Below are positions 37,335 through 51,323 of a stretch of DNA of 64,000 bases, piece after piece. A program made the position numbers and the translations under genes. The notes under the pieces were generated by a model, which saw nothing but the letters and a program-made list of their open reading frames with translations, made no database searches and was not told the origin of the DNA. Every line of letters starts with the position of its first letter. The stretch's first letter is position 1. Source of the stretch: Octopus sinensis (lineage: Eukaryota). The DNA is taken from positions 36,642,001 through 36,706,000 of the forward strand of contig NC_042999.1 of the NCBI RefSeq assembly GCF_006345805.1, given 5' to 3'.

Positions 37335-38769
37335 GTTTTTGTTTCAGCACACAATCTCAAATCAAGTCGCTTGCTATGCAAGTACATTAGATGATGTATG
37401 AGGGTTCAGCAATTTCTTGCCAAACAATGACACAGATGATTTGGCTATAGTGATCAAATGATTGTTTGTGTATGCATAAGCTCACTCCCTCCATAAAATT
37501 GACATTACCTGTACAGGTGCACCATGTGTCATATATCAGGTGATGAAATGATTGCAAGGCAATGTGAAATGAAGTGCTATGCACAAGAACAGAACACAAC
37601 CCTTAGTCTGGGAATTGAACCCATGATCTCACAATCATGAGTGCAACACCTTAACCACTGTATGTGTGTGTGTGTATCCAACAGTATCAGCGCCAAGCAG
37701 CATTTAGGTATAAGGTGAACTTTAGGTTAGTTAAAATATGCTTGTGAGATTTTTCAACTTCTAAAAGCAGATTCACTATGTTACTGTAGAGAAAAATTCT
37801 CTCTTATGGTAAAAGGTGTAAAAACATCATATCTGCCCAGTGTGTAACCCCCCCCCTCCCCGGCCGTTGAATTCCCAGATGCAGTGTTTCTAGTTCTTTA
37901 GTCATTATCAGTGGGAAATACTAAAGAGAGGTAACTCTGGGCAGATTTAAAGCCGTAGCTTTAACTAAAATACAGTGTACAACTTTGAGTTGCAGTATTT
38001 AGTGATAATCACACATGCACGCACGCACACACACACACACACACACACGGCTATGTGGTCAAGAAGTTTTCTTGCCAAACTGCATAGTTTCAGGTCCAGT
38101 CCCACTGTATGGAACCTTGAGCTAGTGTCTTCTATAGACCTAAGCTGACCAAAGTCTTGTATTTGGATTGAGTACCAGAAACTGAAAGAAGCCTGCTGTA
38201 TATATGTCTGAGTATGTTACTGCCTCCTTGTCTGAACAAGTGCTACCATTATATAAGCAGTGCCATTTGTTTCCAGTCTTTTGTAGAAATGTGTCTGGTC
38301 ATGGGGAAATATTACTTTACTTAGAAACAGGCGAGGATTAGTGACTGGAATGACGTCTGACTGTAAAAAATCTGCCTCAGCAAATCCCCTCAGATCCATG
38401 TGAGCATGGAAATGTAGATGTTAAAATGATGATATTATATATTGAATATTCTCAGTTATCGACTAAAAAAAGACCACCATGCAATAAAGAACTCAATGCA
38501 TGTTATGATGAAACATTTATATACTTTTATGCAATTATATTTTCTCTAAAAGTGAAAACATTCTACTTCAGTTTTTAATCAGATCATGAAGCAATCCCTT
38601 ACATTATGCAAGAAAATCTTCTGTTAATGTGGAATCTCATAGTGTGAAACATGCTTTTCTTTGCGTTCCATGTCAATGGGAAAATAGGTTTTATGTTCCA
38701 ATACTCTACATTACACCAAGATTTTCAGGAGCACAACACTTCAGCATTGTAGGGGACGCACGCACACAC

Positions 38770-38803
<34 letters not shown>

Positions 38804-38988
38804 GAAAGAAGAAAGACAGCTTTCTTTCACTTTTCTTCATGCTTATATGAATATTGTATAAAAATATCAGTGTTAGCCAACCCAGCCATATTTGTTCATA
38901 ATGTTAGTTCTGAAACAAATGATTCCACATACAGAGAAAACACATATATATTTATATATATATATATACACACACATATATACATATA

Positions 38989-39046
<58 letters not shown>

Positions 39047-39518
39047 GTTGAACCATTAATTCCTACAAATTTTTTTCTGTTTCTTTTTTCTGTCCTCTCT
39101 CTATTTTCTTCCCTCTTAACCTTTCTGTCAAAGAGCATTAGGCTTCAAACGTCAAAGACTTTTCCATTCTTCTCAAGCATCAAACTAATACACCAGTCTT
39201 TGTCTTTTGTTTCTGTAAATTCGAACTATATATATATATATGTGTGTGTGTGTGTCCCTGTATCTTAGCAATTCAGCCAAACAGACCAATACAATAAGTA
39301 TCAGACTTCAAAAATAAGTACTGGGGTTGGTTCATTCAACTGAAAATGGCCACATTCTAATGACTGAAACAAGTAAAAGAAAAGATGTATGTATATTTAG
39401 TTATATGTATGTATGTGTGTATATATGCATATTATATGATGAACTCTCCGGTCGTTAGATGACATATGAAGGTTCAACAATTTCTTACCGAACAACCACA
39501 CAGATGATTTGTTTATAG

Positions 39519-39747
39519 GCGGCGAGCTGGCAGAAACGTTAGCACGCCGGGCGAAGTGCGTAGCCGTATTTCGTCTGTCGTTACGTTCTGAGTTCAAATT
39601 CCGCCAAGGTCGACTTTGCCTTTCATCCTTTCGGGGTTGATAAATTAAGTACCAGTTACGCACTGGGGTCGATGTAATCGACTTAATACCTATGTCTGTC
39701 CTTGTTTGTCCCCTCTGTCTTTAGCCCCTTGTGGGTAATAAAGAAAT
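39519..39747 (+). mobile_element. SINE family B nested in an older SINE, 17-bp TSD
   Basis: TSD agatgatttgtttatag at 39502-39518 and 39748-39764. Confidence 0.88.
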
Positions 39748-40392
39748 AGATGATTTGTTTATAGTGGTCAAATGTTTGTGTAGACATAAGCTTACTCCCA
39801 TCATCAGATCGACATTACCTGAACAGGTGTCACGTGTCAGATGTCAAAATGATCGCAGAGCAACGTGAAATGAAGTGCTTTGCTGAAGAACACAACACAA
39901 TGCCTAATCTGGGAATCAAACCCACAGTCTCACAGTTGTGAGTGCAACACCTTAACCACTAAGCCATGTACCTACACACACACATACATTTTGGAAAATT
40001 TTCTCTAGCTAGTAAATCATTTCAGAACTTACATCAGATGCAATATGTTGACTGAAGAATATAGTATTATGTAAGAGTTACTTTACACAACTGCCAGAAA
40101 CACGCTTTAAGTGCATCAAAATATCACCTTATGTTTCGTGTTTATTCCGAGATATATATATGTATATGATATGAACACACTATATATATGTATATATGTA
40201 TATATACAAAATGAGAAAATGGAGAAATATATCTAAATCATTCATCCACTATCAGATAATACCGAATCATATACTTTATTAAAACACTACACAAGAGCAT
40301 TAAGATTAGACATTGATACAGTACAACAATTACAATAAATATAATGAGATATAACTAAATAAATATAACAAGATATAAAAATACATATACAT

Positions 40393-40513
40393 TATAACTG
40401 ACAGCTGTTTCGGCCATGCAGATAAGTATGTCTCATTTAACCTATATTAGCCATATATTGCAGGTATAAATGAGACATTAACAAAAATATCTTATGGCCT
40501 CTTCGGAGATATA
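40393..40513 (-). ncRNA. Type I hammerhead ribozyme-like motif (CCGAAGA core, long stem II), Penelope-like
   Basis: Minus strand: tatatct-CCGAAGA-ggccat...atggcc-GAAA-cagctg-TC-agttata. Confidence 0.55.
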
Positions 40514-40795
40514 TATATATATATATGTATCTGTGTGTGTGTATATATATATAAGTTCAGCAAAATTTAGATTCAAATGAATATGGTACTTAAGTTAGAT
40601 GCACCAGAATTCTGTATGGTGTTATCCATATAAATCCATGGGGTGATTATAATCAAAATAAGCAACAAGAATAACTCTGGTAATTTGGTACGATCGTTTT
40701 GCACAACATCATTTTATTAAATGTTGTAAGTATTACAACAGTTTTAAAATGCATATATATATATATATAAATATATATATGTATCTGTGTATATA

Positions 40796-40840
<45 letters not shown>

Positions 40841-42460
40841 TAGTAAAATTGATAAAAATGGTTCAGTGAACTTGCCATGTGGAGTGGAAAATCCAATGTT
40901 TCTGACAGTCTTTCATCAAGAAATAGTTGAAAGAAGAGAAATTAATGAGACACAGCAGAGTCTTACATCCCTTTCCAAGATGTTGGACTTTTCACTCCTT
41001 ACAGCAAGTCCAGTGTCCTTTTATCAATTTTACTACATATTATATATAAATCTTGCCATTGCAGACCAACACAAAACTGTTTGAAATCTGTTTGATCATA
41101 TACTATGAGTTATGTATCAAATTGTTTTTGTTTTCTTATTTCCGTGGCAATATTGAAATAAATTGAAGAATGTATATATTTCTTAAGTATATTATTTATA
41201 GCTTAGCTTACAGTTTGGTTCATATTTCTGTTTTCAGTTGAAAAATCTGTTTGTATGGTGGAAGCATTATTTTTCTGGACTTTTAGTGAAAATATTCACC
41301 TAAAGAAATAAAATTCTTCATTGAAAAAAACAAAGGAAGTGACTATTTTATTTTAGATTTTTTTATTAGGTTTTTCTTAATTTTTTAAAGTTTTTTTTCT
41401 TTGTTTCATCATTATTGTGGCATTTGTTTACTTGTCGATAAATTATCAATGCATGTAGGAATTAGAGTAAGTGGGGTTAAATTCATTGCAGTATTTGATG
41501 ATAGAGTTTACACTTGCATTTGAAACCCCAGTAGAGGTGTTACTCTATGGTGATGCATGAATGACACCCATACCAGTGACACGTAAAAGCCACCCAGTAC
41601 ATCTGTGAAGTGGTTGGCATTGGGAAGAGCATCCAGCCATAGAAATCAAGACCAAACTATTCAATAAAATTATGATACAGGGTTTTAGCTGAAATCGCTT
41701 TAAAACAGGACGTTTGCGACACAGTTGTGTTAGTATTGAAAGGCTTAAATGTCAAAAGGTGCATCTTTTTGGTGGTTATTGTTGCTATTGTTTTTGTTCA
41801 ACCCCAGGTCAACTCTTATCAAATAGATCTATTATCAAAGACATTTCAGCCTGGACCATCCCATTGTTTTGTATAATTGGCAATACATTACCTTATTCTT
41901 GCTTTCTTGTTTAAGATGACTACAAGTGGTTTGAGAGAGAGAGAGAGAGAGAGATAGATCTGGCTGCTATTTCTAGGAGGTAGTACATCTGCATTGAAGC
42001 TCTCTCAGTAGTTCATGTGACTCCTTCATTACTCCACTGACAAAAAAAAAAAAAAAATGAAAAGCTGTTAAATATCCCTCAAGAAAATACTGCTTTTTCA
42101 CAAAAGCAAAGGCTTGCTACAGTAACTGAACCATAACAAAAAATTTAGGGGCTGAAGCCCAAGCTTAATATGTAACTAGGTATTTTGCCGCCTTTGTTTT
42201 GTGACATTATTCTAAAGATAATATAGCACAATTCACTACTGCTTTTTTCTTTACCTCAACTTCCTTTATTGTTTTTATACTATAAGTTAGAATCCGTAAA
42301 GTATACTAGCCATCTCAATATAGCTAACCACAAAGGGTGGGTGTTACTGTAGCTTTTAGCCCCAGGAGATCATCGTCTCCAGCTGGCTTTTGACACACTT
42401 TCTGTGCTCTTATGATATTTGCAAAGGGAGGTCATCCCTCTCTCGTAAACCTAAGTGATA

Positions 42461-42506
42461 CGCACAGACTGCAGTTTCGAGGTAATTTGCCTCTTGTCAA
42501 CGTACG
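42461..42506 (-). ncRNA. Minimal type I hammerhead ribozyme, U3-A8 core variant
   Basis: Minus strand: cgtacg-TTGACAA-gagg caaatta cctc-GAAA-ctgcag-TC-tgtgcg; all three stems form. Confidence 0.7.
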
Positions 42507-44040
42507 GTAATCACCGGTTTTTGATGAAGAGAGACCTGTTTGCGAATATCTATTTAATGTTTTCAGAATCCTCTTCTAAGAAAAACACACCATGTGTAAC
42601 AATCGTTTAGAAAATAGCCAAGGACTCAGTTTCTAATAAACTTAGTAGTTACAAATCTTGATATGACTATGAAATGATACAGGTCAAAAAGAGTATGAAC
42701 AACACAGCTTCCCATTTCTGCTCATCTGTAAATCTCAGGTTTTACATCATTCATCATCATCATCATCATTTTACATTTGCTTTCTATGATAGCATGGGTT
42801 GGATGGGCTGTTATGGTCTTAGTCAGTTGGAAGGCCAACCTAACTAACTCAGATCATAATAACCTATCCATAATCTATAGAAACAAAGCCAAAACTGAAA
42901 CTGTATGTTTCAGTTTGCACTTTGTTTCTATAACTGGATGCACTTCCTATCACCAATCACTTTACTGTGCCCTGGGTGAATGTTATCACAGCTACTTTTA
43001 TGTAAGTGATCAGTAGTGTTTTTGCTTCCTGGAGTTTGGGTAAGTTTGTATGCCATCTAAAGATACCCTTCCTAACACCAACCACTTTACAGAGTATACT
43101 GCGTGTTTTTTTTAATTTTTACGTGGCACCAATATATATATAGATATAGATATATAGATATATTAACATATGAGCAAGTACAACCTGTTTCATGGTGGAA
43201 ATGTCACAAACTGTTACCCTCACCAAGCAGGCCTGGTGAGGAGAGTTGCTAGAAACCTAGCTTCTAGAGGGGCAGATGAACCCACTCTATGATCAACATC
43301 TAGCAAATGTGTGTGGTCAATGCCCAGAATGTCATAAAACTACTGGGAATGAGATGCCCCCAAGCTGTCTTTAAACCATGTGTTTAAGATATATAACCAG
43401 AGGAATGTAGTTTTTAAGGTAGTTGTAACACATCTTGCTCCATTTTTCTGCTGTCATTTCCTCTAAAATATCCAGAATAATGGTTCAGTAAAGTTGTCTT
43501 CCAACCTCTTGAACCCTCATCTACTGCCAATGAGCAATAAAAAGAATATTTTGAAAACTTGCATGTTGGTAGAGTCCAGATTTGTGTGTGTGTGCGTGCA
43601 ATTATGTTTTCTGCTTTTCTTTGTACTGATAGCATTCGAACAATACAGTGACAATTGCTTTATGTCTCCTGTAAACAATGTTTCGTCACTTAAGTTTCTT
43701 TATAGTTTCAATAAGTAAAAACCAGTTAAAATCAGCAAAATTATCATACAGTTTCTTATTTGAAACAAGGGTTAATAATAGGAAGGTTTTCCTGCTGCAT
43801 AATGATTTAAAATTTTGACACAGAGCCAGCAATTTTTGAGGAGAGGAGGAAGTCAGTTGCATTTTCACCCTTACTTGACTAGTACTTATTATATCAACTC
43901 TAGAAGGATGAAGGGCAAAGTGGACCTTGACAGAATTTGAGCCTAGAATGTAAAGACAGATGAAATGCTGCCACTAAGCATTTTGTATGGTGTGCTAATG
44001 ATTCTGCCAGCTCATTACCTTTTCCTGCCGTATAAATACT

Positions 44041-44269
44041 TATTTCTTTACTACCCACAAGGGGCTAAACACAGAGAGGACAAACAAGGACAGACAAACG
44101 GATTAAGTCGATTATATCGACACCAGTGCATAACTGGTACTTATTTAATCGACCCCGAAAGGATGAAAGGCAAAGTCGACCTCGGCGGAATTTGAACTCA
44201 GAACGTAGTGGCAGACGAAATACCGCAAAGCATTTCGTCCAGCGTGCTAACGTTTCTGCCAGCTCGCCT
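44041..44269 (-). mobile_element. SINE family B with 11-bp TSD
   Basis: TSD gtataaatact at 44030-44040 and 44270-44280. Confidence 0.85.
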
Positions 44270-47200
44270 GTATAAATACTGCCACTATAAACCTTGTCCA
44301 AGTCATGCCAGTGTGGTCAAATCAAGTGTAATATCACTATCAATGATTTCTATTCAACCTAGATGTCTTGTTTTTTCTTTATGGGATTGTTTTTTGCTTT
44401 CTGAAATGTCATGTGGAGTAGTTAAATTTTTAATCACTGGCCTTTATGCAGTGTTGTTCACAGATTTCTCATTGGATGCACAGTCACATTGTGCAAGTTT
44501 TCTAAATTTTTAGTCCATTGATCATTGGCAGTCATTGGTTCTTTCATAAGTTTTGTACTCATCTATAGGTCTGATAGGCATTTGGCCTGTTGTACTCAGA
44601 CTACACATTACCTTATTCTTGCTAAAGAAACCTCTGATACCCATGTGTCATCCACATTCTGGACTTCAGTGCTCAGCTGCCAATTTTTTTCGTTACACTG
44701 ATTTGTTTCTGGACTGCAGCCTTTTCTTGAAGGCTAGCTTTTCTTTTGCATTCAGTTTTTGTTGTTTTACTCAGCATAAACAGTCGTTGCTATTTGTCAG
44801 TCAGCATTCTCATTAAAGCAGTCTTGATGTTTTCCTACCATAAAGCCCAAGGACTTCTGACATGTGTTTTCAGTAGTGTAGTAATACTCCATGATATTGA
44901 TCTGAAAAGTTCCCAATTTAGACAAATTTTAAAATCTAGCTACAATATCTCAAACACTCATGAACTACTTGTGAAATATTTATCAAGGACCAAAAACTAT
45001 ACATGAACAGTTCCCCAAATAAAGTATTATTTTCACACCCAAAGATTGCACCATGCCCTGTTTGTTTCTTTCTTGTGCAAATGATAAAAGCTCTCCTAGA
45101 AGTGAACCTTTTTCCTGAAGAGCAGGAAGGATATAGGAAAAGCTGTAATGAATGTAAAGATAGTTATTGATCAATAAAACCCGACCTGAATTTTACTGGA
45201 GAAGGAAGAAGAATCTGAATACGACATGGATTAACTTAGAAACCATTTAATGGAGTTTTTATTAATCCTAAAATAAGACGGGGCAAATATCATATGCATA
45301 TATAATAATTGATACACCCAACAACATGAAATTGAAAAATAGAGAAATGATTGCTAAAATCCAAAGTAAATAGAGTATATTAAAAGGGCAGTATCTTGTA
45401 GAAAAAGTATATTCCAAAGAAATTTCTCCCTACCTTCCTTTCTTTATTACTAATTAAGCTACATGTTGTTCCATACTTGGCCAAAATATAATGTGGTGTT
45501 GATTAACCTTTGTATAATAGATAATATGTCTTGTTTGCTAGACATACAGCATAGCAACCGTAAATCCTACTACAGTCAGCTGAGTGGTTATAGTCTGGAA
45601 AATAGCTGTTTGAGTTGGTAGGTCATCTCAAGCAAGCCAACAATATCTAGAAATGTTTGAATATTGATTTAAAAAAAAAACAATTAGAGTAAAGTATTGT
45701 CAAATGAAAGAAAAGAACAGGAAAATATATAGTAAACCTTTCAGCTTAATGCTTAAAAATATTACGTAAGGTTATATGTATCAGTGCTCTAACTGTTCAG
45801 TATTATTTTCCTAACCTTAGAGGTCTTCTCCAACTAGGTAATTATGATATCCAGATAGTCCAGAACCTTGAGAAAATCATTGACATTCTCTAGTATTCAA
45901 AGTCAACAAATATAAAATATGAAGTGGCATTATGAGATTAATACCGAGCTTAGTGGAAAGTTTATTCGAATTAAATATGTTAAAAACATTGTAACAATCA
46001 AGATTTATGTCTTTTGCATAGATGTATGGTAAAATCTTGAACAAACTGATGACCTGGGTATTTACAAAGGAATCACATTAAGTATTCTACCTTTTAAGGC
46101 TTAAGCCTAAGCTAAATATACCATTAGGACATGTCCAGTTAAGAATATTTCTGTCCTAAAAAGATGGATTGGAGATTCGCAGAAACAGTAAAATTTTGGT
46201 CAAACTTCCTCCAATATTTTTCTTATGTGGCCTCTTGTTTCTTAAATTCAAATCTTTCAGTGTATTTGTCTTCATCTTTTAAGGGTTGATAAAAAAACCC
46301 TAATGTTAATGAATCTAATGCTAATAGCTGGCCTCATAAACCCCTGTGTTTTCTCAGAAGATATTTAAACACTTGTATATTCACTATTTTATGTTTTATA
46401 CATTATAAATATTTATATTCTCTATACTATCAATTAAATATCAGAATATATATTAAAATGTCTGTTTTCTATTAAGTTATTTGTTATATAATTTCATATT
46501 TTATTTGCCCATTGTTGATACCTACTTTTTGCATTTCAATCAATGTACAAAATTTGGCAGGGTTTTTATGGAAAATAACTGGCTTGCTGAAGAGAATTTT
46601 GGCAGTTCTACTTTGGAAACTTCCTGGCTCACTGGACAGAAATTTATCTTTAATACAAGAATTCTAATCAAATTGTTCATCTGAGAAGTCTAAGTTCTCT
46701 TATTCTTGAATCGTGTTTTCTCTGGACCAAGTTAACTTCATTTATCTTTAATGAATATAACTTAAGTTATCAAAATGAATATAACTTGAGTTATGAAATT
46801 TTCAAAGTTTTTTTTTTAACTTAAATGGAAAATAGATAAATTTTGTCCAAATTTCTGAAACAAGGACTTATAAGTGATATACATTGATATATTCAGACTA
46901 ATGTCCTAATCTTGGTTGTTTCACTCACAACTCCTTTTAACCATTGTACACCCTGCCCTCATTCAGCTGCCTTTTGCATTTGGTAATATTCTCAGAACTG
47001 TTTCCCTTTGTTAAATTCTTTGGGATTTTAGATTATTCTCTTATTAGTAGTTATTAATTTCCCTGGTGTGGACCACAGGATGTGGACAATCTATCTTCAT
47101 GGATTAAATGAGTTTGGTTTGAGAAAGTTACCAAATACAACCGGTACCTGAAGATGGCCAGAGAGTACAATAGTTGAAATGTTGTGACTATAACAACCAA

Positions 47201-50200
47201 AACAAGTACAGTAGTCCATATATAACAATGGAAAATAATGCCTTACATTAGTATTCATAGAAAGCTCTTTAGTATTCAAATAATAGGATTTACTTTATCA
47301 ACATCAAAACAGAGGCATGAAATGATGTAACATTCTATTTAGTTTTTTCGTTTGCCTATTTATTTCCAAAGTGTGGTTAAGGACATGGTGGTGGATTATT
47401 TATGTTTATAGTTTACAACCGCTTGGGTACATAGTTGCTTTCTTCTTTTTTTCTTTTGTAAGTAGTTAATAAAATAGAGATATTCAAATATTAAGTAAGC
47501 TGATATTTTATTAAGGGTTTCTTCTCTCATAACATTTTAGTTGTCTGTTAATACTTTGCACTTAGTTACGTATTCAGTTGCCTGTGAGTAAAAATTATTA
47601 TGTAAAAGGCATGTAAAAAAATGTTTGCTTTAAGGATCAAATTTAACATCAAACTAATACCAAATGCTGGTGATTGGCTTTGCAATTATATTTCCTGGAA
47701 GTTGCTTTCATTTAATAAATATTTCAAATTGATGCAATGTTTATTTTCATAAACTTAAATATGAAGCACTATAGAAGTTACATTAGAACCATAAGAAGCT
47801 ATTTCTAGTACATTGGATGTAGAAGTTATATCATGATATTGCAAGCAAATTAAGAAAAATGGTACTTAGAATTTTTTTTTTTTTTTTCCCCCCCAAATAT
47901 GAGACCAATTAATGGCTCAGTCTTTCCCTTCACTATAGTTGTAAATAATTGGAACATTCAATACTTAGACATACATGTATTTAAGTAAACTCAGATAATT
48001 GACAAAAGATACATAATTAAAACATTTCTTCTCAAACAAATTTTTTAAAAAAATATTTTTGTTTGGTTTCAAGGTTACTCACATCTATTTGAGAAGTCGT
48101 TATTTCTCTCATCTATTAACATGCATGCTTGACCCTGTGCATTTATTTACAGAAATAAAGCAAAACTTTGGCAGAAATATACATTTTTTTTTTATTGTAA
48201 TTTATTAAAATATGGTTACCTTCTTCATTCAGAATATATAAAAACAAATTTTTGTAATAAAGAATAAAAATACCAAAATTATATTTAGTTTTTTGTATTC
48301 CAGGAAAACACAAATACCCGAATGTAAAAGGTATTACAATGTCTTGAAACTATATAATAATTTTACCGATTAAGTGTTGTGATAATTTTCTGAAATTTTT
48401 GGCTCCCTTTTTTCTTTCTTAATTTTTCCTAATTAAGGTTCAGAATAAAAGTGATTTCTAAACATCTTCAGATTTCATTGACTTGCTATCAAATTATGTA
48501 TTTATTTACCTTTTTTCTATTTACTTTATTATCCAATACAATTTCCTGGAGGTAAAACTATTTAATTAATGTATATATTGGAAATTGCTGATAAATAGAT
48601 GTGTTGAACACAAATACTTTATATTTGGTTTATCAGATGATGATATTCTATAGATAGACTTAGTCACTTGATAAATTGAGATTTATAAAGTATCAAAAAA
48701 AGGAATGGGTTTGATAACATGGACTAACACCTTTGAAGACCTCTCCCCAGTATAGCCACAGTCCTACAACTAAAACCCATTACGGCAGTGGTCCCTGACC
48801 ATATATGAATTATGGACTGGTTTCATGCAAGACTATTTTCCCACAGACTGGGGGATCACACACAATAAGAAAACAATTATGTACACTAGCAGGACCCATG
48901 AATATTTCACAGAATTAATAGTAAATGTATTGGATTATTCTTGATTATTCTTGAAAGGGTAGCTTGTTTTGTGTCTGTATCAAAAGATAGTCACTCATCT
49001 GCTATTCATTGGAAACTGAAGGAAATTGGAATACAACGATTACTTAGTGCACTTTAAATAATTACTTTATATACTTTATGCACAATTTTATAGATTTAAT
49101 ACACAACACTCATAAAATAAATATTCACTCTTATTTTTCATTTCTCCCATAAACAAAAAAATTACATTTTAAAATTTATATGGTCACAATTTCATATCTC
49201 GAAAACAAAACTTTTATAGTAAAAAAATTATTTTATATGTAAAATATAAGGGTCACAGTTTCATGGGGGTAAAGATTTAATGCAACATGGCATACTTTGA
49301 AAACTACATCAGTGATATAAGTCAAGGTGATGGGTCAGAGCCAATACACATTTCAATTTGTTGGTGATATGAAAAACTTAGTTCAATTAAAAAAAAAAAA
49401 TACTTTTCACCATGTACTCACCATCGCCACTTCCACCACCACCATCAGAACATCATCCCTCTGCTAAAATTATATTCCTAACTCTACATCACTACCTTCA
49501 ACTAACTTTTTTAACCACATAATAAATATTACATTCTCCCGACCACATGTCATGGACACTTCTCTCTCCAGCTTTTCTCTCCCACTCTTTTTCTTTCTCT
49601 CTTTCTCTTATCATGTGAAAGTGTTACCACAATGACAAGTAGTAACGTAATGACAATTATTATAGTAATGTAATGACAAGTAGAATTATTATAAGATAAT
49701 AATGTATAATGCAAAAATGCCCTGTAGTCATTAAAATAGAAATAGATTTTATAAATTTATTCTTCTTGGGTGGCCCAGTGTTTGAGGAACCTTGAGTTAT
49801 AGAATACCTGAGGGTACTTTGTGGGTACTTTTGTATAAATTCTTTTGATAATGTGAATTTGTTAAATAACAAAAGCAACTTAAGAGATAGAGAACAAAAG
49901 AAAGTTTTAAACCAAAACCTGGTTTTGAGAGAATTGAGAAATATCATCATCATCATCATCGTTTAACGTCCGTTCTTCATGCTAGCATGGGTTGGATGGT
50001 TCGACCAGGGATCTGGGAAGCCAGAAGGCTGCACCAGGCTCCAGTCTTATCTGGCAATGTTTCTACAGCTGAATGCCCTTCCTAACGCCAACCACTCCGT
50101 GAGTGTAGTGGGTGCTTTTTACGTGCCACCTGCACAGGTGCCAGGTGAGGCTGGCAACGGCCACGGTCGGATTGGTGCATTTTACGTGCCACTAGCACGG

Positions 50201-51323
50201 AAGCCAGTCGAGGCAGCACTGGCTTTGGCCACGATTCGGATGGTGCTTTTATGAGCTGCAGATGATTCTCATAATTTGAGATTAAGGAAACAGTTAATTA
50301 CTCAGAAAACAGAAACCAAAAAGACATTAAAGCTATAAATTGTGTCACTAACTCAGAATATAATATACATTGTGTGTGTCTTTAATCTTTTACTTGTTTT
50401 AGTTATTGGACTGCAGCCATGATGAGGGCTGCCCTGAAAGGTTTAGTTTAGTGGTTCTCAACTTGGGTCGAAATGGCCCTTGAGGGTCCACATGATATTT
50501 TTTTTTTTTGTTAATAAACTGGTTATACATCTACAATATGCAAAATATTTTTAGCAATTTTTTTAATACAATTTTTAATATTTAATTATAAAAATATAAT
50601 ACGAATTTTTTAAACATCAAATGACTACAAGGGTCCATCGAAGTATAACAAGATTCACAGGGGTGGGAGTCTATAGGCAAAAAGCGTTTGAGAACCACTC
50701 ATTTAGCTGAACAAATTGACCCCGGTAGAGAAACAGTCGAAGTGAGAGAGAGAGAGAGGGCCTACCCCACAGGTAACAGTGGGGGGTAAAATAAGTAGCC
50801 CAGAGGAAATAGAGAGGAATTCTCCTTAAGATTGCAAGTGCTATTGAGAGGAATTGGGGTGAGGGCATGGAGAGTGTGGGGTGGAGGAAAATGGGTTGTG
50901 GGGGTAATTTGATAGAGGAGAGAATTATGTATGTCATAAAGGACATTCCTGTATGGATAGATGGCTATTATTTTACTTAGCATGATGTATCTTCTCAAAC
51001 ACAGCAGATATATATATATATATATATTAGTTGTTTCAGCCATTAGATTGTGGCCAGGTTGGGGCACTGCCTTGAAGAATTTTCAGTCAAATGTATCGAC
51101 CCCAGGACTTAATTTTTATAAGCACGATACTTATTCTATCAGTCTCTTTTGCCAAACCACTAAGTTACAGGGATGTAAACATACCAGCACTGGTTGTCAA
51201 GCTGTGGTGGGGAACAAACACACATGCACACTCACGCGCACACATACACATATAGATACATACATATATATACATATATACCAGAGTAAGCACATAAATG
51301 TGAAACAGAGGTAGAGTAATATG

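Noticed and set aside
43165-43370. LINE 5'-UTR-like segment with cctcacca/tggtgagg hairpin, possibly an HDV-like ribozyme
   Set aside because: I could not assign the P1/P2/P3/P1.1 nested pseudoknot by eye.
44553-44816. ORF with CHPHSGLQCS as a possible furin Cys-rich repeat
   Set aside because: Cys spacing does not fit, the acceptor phase is incompatible with 31516, and part of it overlaps a repeat-derived motif.
47148-47190. CTGAAGA...GAAA hammerhead-like motif
   Set aside because: The core is canonical but stems II and III cannot pair; a dead Penelope-like relic at best.
49808-49878. 71-nt minus-strand exon-like segment (strong acceptor, CAG|gtattc donor)
   Set aside because: No recognisable peptide and no partner exons; expected by chance in AT-rich DNA.
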